Shown here one piece after another: positions 1 to 8,792 of a DNA stretch of 44,874 nucleotides. The stretch is taken from sequence record SRR20825019_158; one strand, written 5' to 3'. A model generated the notes under the pieces. That model had not been told where the DNA came from. It saw nothing but the letters and a program-made list of their open reading frames with translations, and did no database searches. Numbering within the stretch: the first letter of the stretch is position 1; the number at the start of each line of letters is the position of its first letter. The position numbers and the translations under genes were made by a program.

Positions 1-64
1 ACGCGCACAGGGACGTGCGCGTCCACCTGTGTAGTGAGGTGGATGGGCACGTCCCTGTGCCCAT
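1..64. repeat. Inverted pair of REP-like palindromes (GTGG-tagged), consensus AGGTGGA-YGSGCAC-GTCCCT-GTGCSCRT
   Basis: 1-28 acgcgcacagggacgtgcgcgtccacct and 37-64 aggtggatgggcacgtccctgtgcccat are inverted copies, each with an internal 8-bp stem. A third copy lies at 44847-44874. Confidence 0.8.
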
Positions 65-138
65 TTACGCCTCTCCCTCTTTATCTGTTTTATCGTTCCT
101 CTTTTCAATCAGCGACTCCTTAGTTTTTAATCCTTATC

Positions 139-1644
139 ATGACCGCACACCCCGATCCCGTCGCTCTCGGCACCCGTCGTGAACTGTTCATTGATGATGC
201 CCTCATCGCTCAATTGAGCGGCGGCGCCCAACAGCGGATGCATCATCCGCAGCCGCGTGAAATTGTCATCAAACACGACGCCCCTTGGGAAGGCACAGGC
301 ACCGGCTATCACAGCGTCTTTGCGGACAACGATGGCTATCGCATGTATTACAAAGGTTTCAACATTCAGCTCGAAACCGGAAAAAACGTGAATGAGGAAA
401 TCGATCACCGCTTCACTTGTTACGCCAAAAGTGCCGACGGGATTCACTGGGAAAAACCGGCACTCGGTCTCGTCGAATTCCAAGGATCGAGCGCGAATAA
501 TATCGTTCTAAAATCCGGCCCCTACGGCGACTTCAAACTCGATGCCGCCCATCCCGCCGTTTTTAAAGACACCAATCCCGATGCCACCCCGGAAGGACGC
601 TACAAAGCGATCGTCAGAATCAGCGAACCGGTCAAGGGCCTCGTCGTCATGCAATCGGCCGATGGTGAAAAGTGGTCTCTGTTCCACGACAATCCCGTCA
701 TTACTGACGGCGCCTTCGATTCTCAAAACCTCGCGTTCTGGGACGACGAGCGTGACGAGTATCGAGCTTATTGGCGCAGCTTCGAGATGCCCAGGGTTGA
801 GATGCCTCATTCTCATCCCGACGGGATTCGTTGTATCCGAACCGCCACCTCGCCGGACCTGATCCATTGGAGCCCACCGCAAAACATCACCTACACCGGC
901 GCCGACAATCCCGAGGAACTCTACGTCAATCAGATCAAACCCTATCATCGCGCCCCTCACCTGCTGATCGGGTTTCCGGCCCGCTATATCGAACGACCTC
1001 AGGGCGCGTCGATGGAAGCGTTGCCGGATGCCGTTCACCGGAAGATGCGCAGTGGTTCACATGAACGCTATGGCACCGCCATCACGGACAGTCAGCTCAT
1101 GTGCAGTCGCGACGGTGTCGAATTCACTCGCTGGCCCGAAGGGTTTTTGCCACCCGGCCCTGAACGTTCCGGCACTTGGAATTACGGCCACCAATACCTC
1201 GCGTGGCATCTCGTGGAAACCCCCTCAAGCGTCTCGCCCGACGGTCCCAATGAACTCTCACTCTACGCAGTTGAAAATTACTGGATGGGCGCCGGCAGCA
1301 CGTTGCGTCGCTATACGCTCCGTCTTGATGGCTTTGTGTCCATTCAAGCTCCCATGAGCGGCGGTGAATGTCTCACCGAGCTCGTGACATTCGAAGGCAA
1401 CGAACTGCACCTCAATTTCGCAACTTCCGCCGCGGGCGAGATCCGTGTCGAATTGCAGGATGAATCCGGCACGCCACTGCCGGGATTCGCCTTGGTTGAT
1501 TGCGAACCGCTGTTCGGCGACAACCCGGATCGCCTAGTCTCATGGCAGGGTTCGCCTGATCTGAAAAGCCACGCCGGCCAACCCGTGCGCCTGCGTTTTG
1601 TCTTACGTGATGCCCATCTGTATGCGTATCAATTCGGCGGGTAA
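139..1644 (+). CDS. Uncharacterised beta-propeller glycoside hydrolase-like protein (GH32/43/130-like fold) with a C-terminal beta-sandwich
   Basis: 501-aa ORF with repeated S-x-DG-x-x-W boxes (SADGIHW, SADGEKW, SPDLIHW, SRDGVEF), WEKPALG, FDSQN and a C-terminal LRLDGFVS...LYAYQF segment. No obvious signal peptide. Confidence 0.65.
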   Translation: MTAHPDPVALGTRRELFIDDALIAQLSGGAQQRMHHPQPREIVIKHDAPWEGTGTGYHSVFADNDGYRMYYKGFNIQLETGKNVNEEIDHRFTCYAKSADGIHWEKPALGLVEFQGSSANNIVLKSGPYGDFKLDAAHPAVFKDTNPDATPEGRYKAIVRISEPVKGLVVMQSADGEKWSLFHDNPVITDGAFDSQNLAFWDDERDEYRAYWRSFEMPRVEMPHSHPDGIRCIRTATSPDLIHWSPPQNITYTGADNPEELYVNQIKPYHRAPHLLIGFPARYIERPQGASMEALPDAVHRKMRSGSHERYGTAITDSQLMCSRDGVEFTRWPEGFLPPGPERSGTWNYGHQYLAWHLVETPSSVSPDGPNELSLYAVENYWMGAGSTLRRYTLRLDGFVSIQAPMSGGECLTELVTFEGNELHLNFATSAAGEIRVELQDESGTPLPGFALVDCEPLFGDNPDRLVSWQGSPDLKSHAGQPVRLRFVLRDAHLYAYQFGG

Positions 1645-1707
1645 CCATCCCGATCGCATTGGAGCTGGCCTCGCTGAGACCAGGGATGCCTCCCGGCCAG
1701 TCCCGAT

Positions 1708-1845
1708 TGTCTCGCGACGAGTGCGTTGGGGCGGATAAGGCGGGAAATAAAATCGGAAATGGGTTTCATGATTCAGATCACGGAATAACGCCACTCCTTC
1801 GAAGTTACCGAACATAATCCCTCTCGTCGCGTCCGTCGCGAGACA
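1708..1845. repeat. REP/MITE-like unit bounded by tgtctcgcgacg inverted repeats
   Basis: tgtctcgcgacg (1708-1719) and cgtcgcgagaca (1834-1845) form a perfect 12-bp IR. 1822-1845 is the exact reverse complement of 22772-22795. Confidence 0.7.
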
Positions 1846-1895
1846 TCTGGTCTGAGATAAATTCGCCGCCTCGGTGCGGCCGCTGATCGTTGGGA

Positions 1896-3068
1896 TCAAA
1901 CCGTCACTTGCACGCGACGCACCAAAATCGCTTTGCGAGTGTGACCGTCTTCCGTCGGTTGCTTGAACCACGAATAAGCCACGAGAAAGGTGTCATCAGT
2001 CAAGCCGAGCAATGAAGTATAGCCGCAGGAGTCGTCCTGATTCCCCGCACTGGTGATCGGCACGAGAGGTTGAGGTTCACTCCAGGATTCTCCGCGGCCA
2101 TCAGTCGAGAACAACAACTCGGCACCGGGCCTTCCCGTGCTCAGCACCAGCGTGCCATTCCCCAATCTCAGGAGGCGAGGCATCACTCCGTAGGGACGAA
2201 TAATTTCCGGCTCCGACCATGTGCGACCTCCATCGCGTGACCGGGTCTGATAGAGCGGGCCGTCCCCGAACCCATCCGTGGTGCGAAGAATCGCAAGAAT
2301 TTCTCCGTCAGGCAGCACGATACTGGCGGGCTCCGTAAAGCCGTCATGTTTCTCAGCCGACGGATCCTGCCGATACGGGATGCGTTTCTGCAGCGACCAC
2401 GACAAACCATGATCATCGGATCGATAACAGCCGCAATGCCACGAGTCGAATCCTTCGCCTTCGATTCGGCAGGGATAGGTCACTGCCAAGAGACCGCCAT
2501 CGGGCAGGAGGTGAACATCGCCCCACCACGTGACCGGAAATACACCTTCGGTCGTAAATCGCAATAAACCCGGATCATCCAAAGCCGCCCGAGAGGGCTC
2601 CCATCCATTGGCTCCGGCAGCCATCCGGGCGGTCGGCACACCCTGCAGTTCAACCGGTAATTCATGGTGCCGGTAGCACACGTAAGGTTGCTGACCGTAA
2701 CTGCCAATCGCAGTGCCTCGTTCCGCCGGCAATTCGCAATGGGTGGGATCCAGCGCCACGGGAGTCACTTCCGGACGCCCCGCCAGCAGACGTTCCCCGC
2801 TCGGCAAAAGGATACCCGCAACGGGATCCCCCGAACCCATGCGTTCCCAAGTCAGCCCATCATCGGTCGACACTCCACGATTGGGCTCCTCGGTCTTTTT
2901 GCCATAGGCGAGCGCACTGTCGGCATTGATATGAAAGGTGACCGCGATGCGACCGTCCAATAAGCGATCCAGGGTCGGAAATTGGTAGTAGCCCCACCGG
3001 TCCACCCCGGGCTCGTTCACAAATGACGATTCGGCGATCACCACCGGCTCAGATAATTTTAACGACAT
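1896..3068 (-). CDS. BNR/Asp-box sialidase-family (GH33-like) protein
   Basis: Four Asp boxes (STDDGLTW, SDDHGLSW, SRDGGRTW, STDGRGESW), TEP motif and C-terminal GYTSL. The usual FRIP motif reads YQFP. Confidence 0.75.
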   Translation of the reverse strand: MSLKLSEPVVIAESSFVNEPGVDRWGYYQFPTLDRLLDGRIAVTFHINADSALAYGKKTEEPNRGVSTDDGLTWERMGSGDPVAGILLPSGERLLAGRPEVTPVALDPTHCELPAERGTAIGSYGQQPYVCYRHHELPVELQGVPTARMAAGANGWEPSRAALDDPGLLRFTTEGVFPVTWWGDVHLLPDGGLLAVTYPCRIEGEGFDSWHCGCYRSDDHGLSWSLQKRIPYRQDPSAEKHDGFTEPASIVLPDGEILAILRTTDGFGDGPLYQTRSRDGGRTWSEPEIIRPYGVMPRLLRLGNGTLVLSTGRPGAELLFSTDGRGESWSEPQPLVPITSAGNQDDSCGYTSLLGLTDDTFLVAYSWFKQPTEDGHTRKAILVRRVQVTV

Positions 3069-5308
3069 GAATCTACCCCGTCATCCGCATCCCGGGCAGC
3101 CTCACTGCATCCCTTGAGGTCGAGCTTACCTGAACCAAGCACCGGAATCTCATTCACCCTGCGAATAGTTTTCGGCACCCACAAACTCGGGAGGCCGGCA
3201 GCGGACAGCTTATCACGCAGTTCCGTGGCGGTAACCTCTTTCGTCGTGAGCAAGACCAGGGCTTCACCCTTCGAACGATCAGGCACTCCCATCACCACCG
3301 CGCAGTAACCCTCGCTGTCATCCCATCCAAACAATTCCGTGATTTGTTGCTCAATGGTGCCGTGCGGAACCATTTCTCCGCCGATTTTTGAGAAACGTGA
3401 CAAGCGTCCTTCAATGAAGAGAAAACCCTCTTCGTCCAAACGCCCCAAATCCCCGGTCACGAACCAACCATCCTGAAAGGCGCCTCTCGTCTTTTCGACA
3501 TCATCGAGGTAGCCGCTGAAGACATTCGCGCCTTTGAACCAAACAATACCGGGGTCGCCGGCCGGCACTTCATCACCTGTTTCCGGATGAACAATCCTCA
3601 CGGTCATCCCGGGGAGCAGGCGCCCGACCGAACCCATTTTCTTTCCGGTTTGCGGCTCGGCGGTAAACGTCGTGACCGGTGGGTGCGGTTGATTAATATT
3701 ACTGGCCGGAGTGGTTTCAGTCAGCCCATAGCCCTGAAGAATCTCCAGATGGAATCGCTCCAAGAAGGCCTGATAAAGATCGTCCGGCAATTTTTCGGCA
3801 CCGGTGACCACCAGCTGCAGCGAGCGCAGCTCGCCCGGTTTCGCCTTGCGCAGGATCGGCCGGACAAAGGTCGGCGCTCCGAGCAAACAAGTGGCCTCCT
3901 CTTCCTTGATCGCATCGATGATCTTACGCGTGTCCAGCGGGCTGGGCACGGTGACGACCTGACAACCGCAAATCAGCGGATACCAGAGCGTAATCGTAAA
4001 TCCGAACGAGTGAAACACCGGCAGGCAGGCCAAAAGTTTGGATTTCACCGGAAGGATCGAGAGCGAGGAGACCTGTGCGCAATTGGCGAGGATGTTACGA
4101 TGCGACAGCGCGACTCCTTTCGGCTCACCGGAGCTCCCACTCGTAAACAAAAGTCCCGCCTCGGCGCGGTCACCTACTTTGGGTAACCCCAACACCGCGG
4201 GGATAAATTGATTCGGCAGCAACCATGCCGCGAGAAACCACGGCAAGATCGCTTTCTTTCCCCCCATCGACTCGATCACTTCCTTCAGGTCAAGTGTCCG
4301 CTCAGGCCACGGGAAATTGGGAATCTTCGGCTTCATCGCATTGGCCGAAATCACGGTCTTCACTCCACCGATTCGCATACTTGATTCCAAGGCCGCGCGC
4401 CCCGCCGTGAAATTGAGATTCACCGGCACTTTGCCCGCGCACGATACCGCGAGATTGGCGATAAACGCTCCGGCTCCCGGAGGCAGCACGATTCCCACCC
4501 GATGTTCCGGAACCGTGCGTTTGAGATATCGCGAAAGCGCCGCAGCGGCCGCCAGTAATTGGGCGGACTTCACCGGGCGTCTCTCCATCGTGTGATCTAT
4601 CACCTGCAGATGCCCCGGGCGTTTCGCGAGGGACCTCACGCATTCACGCGCCAGGTGACGCGTCAGCACCGGACGCTGCTCAAAAGCAACCGCACCTAAA
4701 TCGAGCATGGCCTTGCGCACCTTGTCCGGTTCTGCGTCTTCCGGACGAATCGGATCACCAATCGCCACAAATACGGATGTCGGCATCAGTCGGGGAGATT
4801 TCCAAAGGTAGGAATTTCCCGCGAAGGAAAATACCGATCCCCAGATCCCATCGATAAACATCGGAATGACCGGCACATTCGCTTTGCGGGCCAGCAGTTC
4901 AAAACCCCGCTTCATCGCCATGAACTGACCGGTTCGTGAAATGTGTCCCTCCGGAAAAACCGCCAGGACTTCGCCCGCTTTGAGCGCCTTGATTCCCTGT
5001 TTAATTCCATCCGACGGACTATCGCTGGAGATCGCCAGCGCCCCGCTCCAGCGGAAGGCCAAATCGAAAAACCAGTGAGTGCGTAGCCCCTTGTAACCCA
5101 TAAACCGGATCGGTCTCGGACAGGCCAGTTGCAACAAAATCGGATCCACGTAAGACAGGTGGTTGGCCACCAAAAGCACGCCGCCATCACGGGGAATATT
5201 GGCGGCGTCAGTAAAACGCACGCGATAAAGCAGGCGGGCAATCACCGAAGCGATCATCTCCAAAGGGCGCGGCAAATAGGAACGTTTGGTCATTCGCGGT
5301 AGGGGCAT
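3059..5308 (-). CDS. aas: Bifunctional acyltransferase (PlsC-like) / acyl-ACP synthetase, Aas-like
   Basis: N-terminal NHLSYVD and FPEGH acyltransferase motifs. C-terminal AMP-binding motifs LFTSGSSGEPKG, QGYGLTE, TGDLG, GRLSRFSKIGGEMV and GSGKLD. Confidence 0.85.
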   Translation of the reverse strand: MPLPRMTKRSYLPRPLEMIASVIARLLYRVRFTDAANIPRDGGVLLVANHLSYVDPILLQLACPRPIRFMGYKGLRTHWFFDLAFRWSGALAISSDSPSDGIKQGIKALKAGEVLAVFPEGHISRTGQFMAMKRGFELLARKANVPVIPMFIDGIWGSVFSFAGNSYLWKSPRLMPTSVFVAIGDPIRPEDAEPDKVRKAMLDLGAVAFEQRPVLTRHLARECVRSLAKRPGHLQVIDHTMERRPVKSAQLLAAAAALSRYLKRTVPEHRVGIVLPPGAGAFIANLAVSCAGKVPVNLNFTAGRAALESSMRIGGVKTVISANAMKPKIPNFPWPERTLDLKEVIESMGGKKAILPWFLAAWLLPNQFIPAVLGLPKVGDRAEAGLLFTSGSSGEPKGVALSHRNILANCAQVSSLSILPVKSKLLACLPVFHSFGFTITLWYPLICGCQVVTVPSPLDTRKIIDAIKEEEATCLLGAPTFVRPILRKAKPGELRSLQLVVTGAEKLPDDLYQAFLERFHLEILQGYGLTETTPASNINQPHPPVTTFTAEPQTGKKMGSVGRLLPGMTVRIVHPETGDEVPAGDPGIVWFKGANVFSGYLDDVEKTRGAFQDGWFVTGDLGRLDEEGFLFIEGRLSRFSKIGGEMVPHGTIEQQITELFGWDDSEGYCAVVMGVPDRSKGEALVLLTTKEVTATELRDKLSAAGLPSLWVPKTIRRVNEIPVLGSGKLDLKGCSEAARDADDGVDSCR

Positions 5309-5355
5309 ACGCTAGGGGGTTTACTATGCCGACAACGTCAGCGGATTTTTCAAAA

Positions 5356-8130
5356 CTATTCGGTCGGGTCGGATTCGCTCTGCTCTGTCACCAGATGCCG
5401 AAAACGATGATACGAAAATCCGACCCAGAGGAGAACGCCACCCAAGACCACGAATGCGATGATCCGGTGAAGCGTGGCATCCAGATCCACCAGAAAGACC
5501 CGGGGCACGCAAAGCACCAGACCGAGCAAGCCGATCAAGCGGTAGGCGCGAGCCCGTAAAAACAGTCCCAACCCGAAGATCACAATGGCGCCGAGCCCCC
5601 ACCCCACCGTCGCGTAGGAGGACAGCGGCTCACTCTGATTCGCCAACCAGCCAAACAATAATGCCATGGCCAGCAGCCCGTGTCCCCACAGGTTGCGACT
5701 CCCCCAGGCCTCTTTCACAAAACTCCGGGCGGCCAGCGGCAGCGCCAGGAGGGCCGCGATCAAGGAAAGAATCCCCACGATATTCAGCGCCAAATCCGTC
5801 GGCATGGCCGACGGATCGCTGCGAAACAACAGAGGGAAGGTCCACCAGGCACCAAATAACAAAACGACCGACGAGGCAGGCCACGCCACCTTCACTTTTA
5901 ATTTCCAAGCGAGCATGAATATCGCCACCGCTTCCATTGCGGTGAACAGATAAAGCAGCGCGCCATCAAAGTTGGATCGCAAGGCGAGGAGCAGAATCCA
6001 AGTTGCCAATCCGGCCTGCCACCAGGCCATTGATCGTCGCCATGAAGCGTTCACTACCGAGGTGCGACATTTCTCGAAATGATGCCAGATTACCGGCAAG
6101 ACCCAGGCCAAAGCCGCCGCGAGTAACATCATCGGATAACCTTCGCGCACCTCGAACGGACGATGCAGGTATAAGCCGAAGGCCAATCCCACCAGTCCCG
6201 CGATCGCCAGCGGCCAGCGTTTTGTCCACGGACTGACCGCGAGCAAAATCACCGCGGTCGCGGCCGCACACGCCACATCCTGCCCGTGTCGCAATCCTTT
6301 CCAAAAAACCATCTCCAAGGCCAAACTCGCCAGAATCACGAATGCTCCGCGCCACCAACGCGTGCGCTTCGAATCCTGCGGGTTTACGCGATCCCAAAAC
6401 AGAGCGATCAACACCACCACGAGCAACATCCCCGTGCCATTCGTCCAATGCTCCCAGGTTTCATGAGCTCGCGCGGGATATCGCCAAATCGCCATGAACA
6501 TCCCCAATACCGCAATCCCCGCCGCCACCCCGGCTCCACGCCAAGCTCGTGCGGGCCAACCCGCGGCGCAGAGGGTCAGCGCGACACCTCCAATCCAAAC
6601 GGTTTTCCACGGAGTGCCGTCGACAAGCTGCTGCGTGCCTAATGCCCCGATCCCAAGCAGAGCCCCGGCGAAGTAACTCAGGGCGGCCCGCGCTTTGTTC
6701 CAATGTTGATCAAAACTTAATATGGCAGCCGACAACCCCAGATAAAGTAACGACAAGATCGCGGGAACAGAGTCTCCCGGTCCCAAGGCATCGAGGAAAA
6801 GATACAGCGAATAGGTCCAGACCAAATAAACGATCACCCGCAACCCTCGCATTCCCGAGAGCCGGGATACCACCAGCATTCCGGCCACTTGGGCTAACAA
6901 TACTAACGCCGTGAGATGCCCTTGAAAATGCGTGACGAGCCCCAGCGCCAACATCGCGGAAGCCTGTGTGGCGGTCACCACAACCAGAGAATCCGCTTGT
7001 TTTGCCGTGCGCCAACCCCACGCGACCAGTAACAAAATCGCCATCATCCCGAAGTAAAAAGTTTCCAGAGAATCAGGCAGGTAGTGCCAGGTCACCAGCC
7101 AGCCCACGGAAATCATCAAACTCGAATTCAGATTTTGCAGCAGCCGATCCTCGTGCGCGATCACCACACCCCGCTTCCACGCGCCGATTGCATCGCGGCC
7201 CCAAAACACCACGAATGCCGCCAGCAACGGCAGCCAGAGATTCGCCGCCGACACGGGAGAATAATCCGGAACACTCCAATAATAATACGCCCCGTAGCTC
7301 GCATACATCAAAGGCACGGCCACGATCGACGGGCCGCGCCACGCTGATTTTAATTTCACCGCGACCGCCATGGCCGCCAGCCCGAGGGCGGACCATAACA
7401 CCACGCGATCCAGTCCGGCGTAGCACCCGGTGAGCGTCGTGCCGTAGCCCATCACTACCGCCAACGTCGCCGTGTTTTCCGAACGACGCCATAACGCGAA
7501 CCCCGTGATAAAAGCCACCACGAGCAATTGCACCACCAGCGCGATCACCGGATCAGCGATCACCCTGGTCGCGGGAATCGCATGCGCCGCGACAGACGCA
7601 AAATAGAGCAAGGCCAGGCCCAAACCGACGACGAGACGTGCAAACTTCGGCACGGAACGTTCCAGCCAAAGCCCCGCCCCCCCTAAGGCCAAGGCCACGA
7701 TAATCAACTCGCTCAATTTCACCCACGGCGTCGTATTGCGGGAAACATAGACCGCAAAAAACACCACGCCGATCACCGCCAGCAACGCGCCCAACCGTGT
7801 CGTCCACCAGGCCGCCAATCGCACCTCGACATTACCCCCATCGACCGGAGGCCAAAGGTTATGCTGCATCAACCAATCCCGCACCGATGGTTTTCTGGGA
7901 AGCGCGACCGGTTCGGCCAACCGAGGAGGCGTGGCCACGTCTGGAGCACTTACAATCGGCTCTACCGGTGGCGCAGCTGGTCGAGTGGACTCGAGAATCG
8001 GCGGCAACCCGACATCCGGGAGTTCGCTCGTTTCTAAGCGCGCCAGACTTTGCTTGGCTTCGGACAAATCGGCTTCGATTCGATCGATTTTACGGCGCAG
8101 GGCTTCTAGTTCGGGGTCAACGGGGTTCAT
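5356..8130 (-). CDS. Large polytopic membrane protein, DUF2339-like
   Basis: 924 aa: N-terminal coiled coil, Pro-rich linker, E-x-RLAAWWTTRLG start of the membrane part, many TM segments, C-terminal RVFLVDL...RIIAFVVLGGVLLWVGFSY. Confidence 0.75.
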   Translation of the reverse strand: MNPVDPELEALRRKIDRIEADLSEAKQSLARLETSELPDVGLPPILESTRPAAPPVEPIVSAPDVATPPRLAEPVALPRKPSVRDWLMQHNLWPPVDGGNVEVRLAAWWTTRLGALLAVIGVVFFAVYVSRNTTPWVKLSELIIVALALGGAGLWLERSVPKFARLVVGLGLALLYFASVAAHAIPATRVIADPVIALVVQLLVVAFITGFALWRRSENTATLAVVMGYGTTLTGCYAGLDRVVLWSALGLAAMAVAVKLKSAWRGPSIVAVPLMYASYGAYYYWSVPDYSPVSAANLWLPLLAAFVVFWGRDAIGAWKRGVVIAHEDRLLQNLNSSLMISVGWLVTWHYLPDSLETFYFGMMAILLLVAWGWRTAKQADSLVVVTATQASAMLALGLVTHFQGHLTALVLLAQVAGMLVVSRLSGMRGLRVIVYLVWTYSLYLFLDALGPGDSVPAILSLLYLGLSAAILSFDQHWNKARAALSYFAGALLGIGALGTQQLVDGTPWKTVWIGGVALTLCAAGWPARAWRGAGVAAGIAVLGMFMAIWRYPARAHETWEHWTNGTGMLLVVVLIALFWDRVNPQDSKRTRWWRGAFVILASLALEMVFWKGLRHGQDVACAAATAVILLAVSPWTKRWPLAIAGLVGLAFGLYLHRPFEVREGYPMMLLAAALAWVLPVIWHHFEKCRTSVVNASWRRSMAWWQAGLATWILLLALRSNFDGALLYLFTAMEAVAIFMLAWKLKVKVAWPASSVVLLFGAWWTFPLLFRSDPSAMPTDLALNIVGILSLIAALLALPLAARSFVKEAWGSRNLWGHGLLAMALLFGWLANQSEPLSSYATVGWGLGAIVIFGLGLFLRARAYRLIGLLGLVLCVPRVFLVDLDATLHRIIAFVVLGGVLLWVGFSYHRFRHLVTEQSESDPTE

Positions 8131-8792
8131 CGCTTTGTGTCAGATGAAGACCGATCTTTCGGTTTCCATTTCCTCAGATCATTGGCCAGCGCCCCGAAAC
8201 CTCCGGGAAAATCCGCTTCGAGTCGACGCACATCATTCCCATGCCGCGACACTTCCTTCACGGAGCAAACAATGGATTTTTTTAGAGAAGGCCGTGAAGT
8301 GCCGTAAACACGGCGTTTCAGTTCTGCCCGCGTATAAGGAAGCACCCCCTGTTCCTGCCCGATCCGCCAGGCTTCCTCAGTCACGGAATCATCCCGACCG
8401 CAAAGATACCATGCCTCAATCGCCGGCACAGCTAAACCAATGCAACGCATCACCCGCTTCCGTCCGTGAGCTGCGGGAAAACGCTTGGTGGTTTGCCGAA
8501 AGATGCTCCGCAATTCGCACAGCCGACACTGAGGGTGGAAATAGCCCTCCGCTTCGTGCTCAACCGTATGAACCACGCTATCATCACAATCCACCACCAC
8601 GATCAGCGCATCCGTATCCGTGTTGAAATGCAGATGCCTGATAATCGGAGGCAACACTTGCGCCACATTGGGCCACCCCCGGGCCCGCAGATGCGGACGC
8701 ACCCGTTTCACCTTTTGCCGTAACACGGCCTCCGCCAAGATCCGGATCCCCGCTTCATCCGCGGGTGATTCACTCAGCAGCGCAAGTTTCAT
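8127..8792 (-). CDS. Hypothetical protein with TOPRIM-like motifs (DUF4276/RloB-like)
   Basis: N-terminal LLSESPADE, central IVVVDCDD (DxD) and AVPAIEAWYL. 4-nt ATGA overlaps with both neighbours. Confidence 0.6.
   Translation of the reverse strand: MKLALLSESPADEAGIRILAEAVLRQKVKRVRPHLRARGWPNVAQVLPPIIRHLHFNTDTDALIVVVDCDDSVVHTVEHEAEGYFHPQCRLCELRSIFRQTTKRFPAAHGRKRVMRCIGLAVPAIEAWYLCGRDDSVTEEAWRIGQEQGVLPYTRAELKRRVYGTSRPSLKKSIVCSVKEVSRHGNDVRRLEADFPGGFGALANDLRKWKPKDRSSSDTKR

Noticed and set aside
1-64. CRISPR array at the window ends
   Set aside because: The copies are inverted or dispersed rather than regularly spaced direct repeats with unique spacers, and no cas genes are present.
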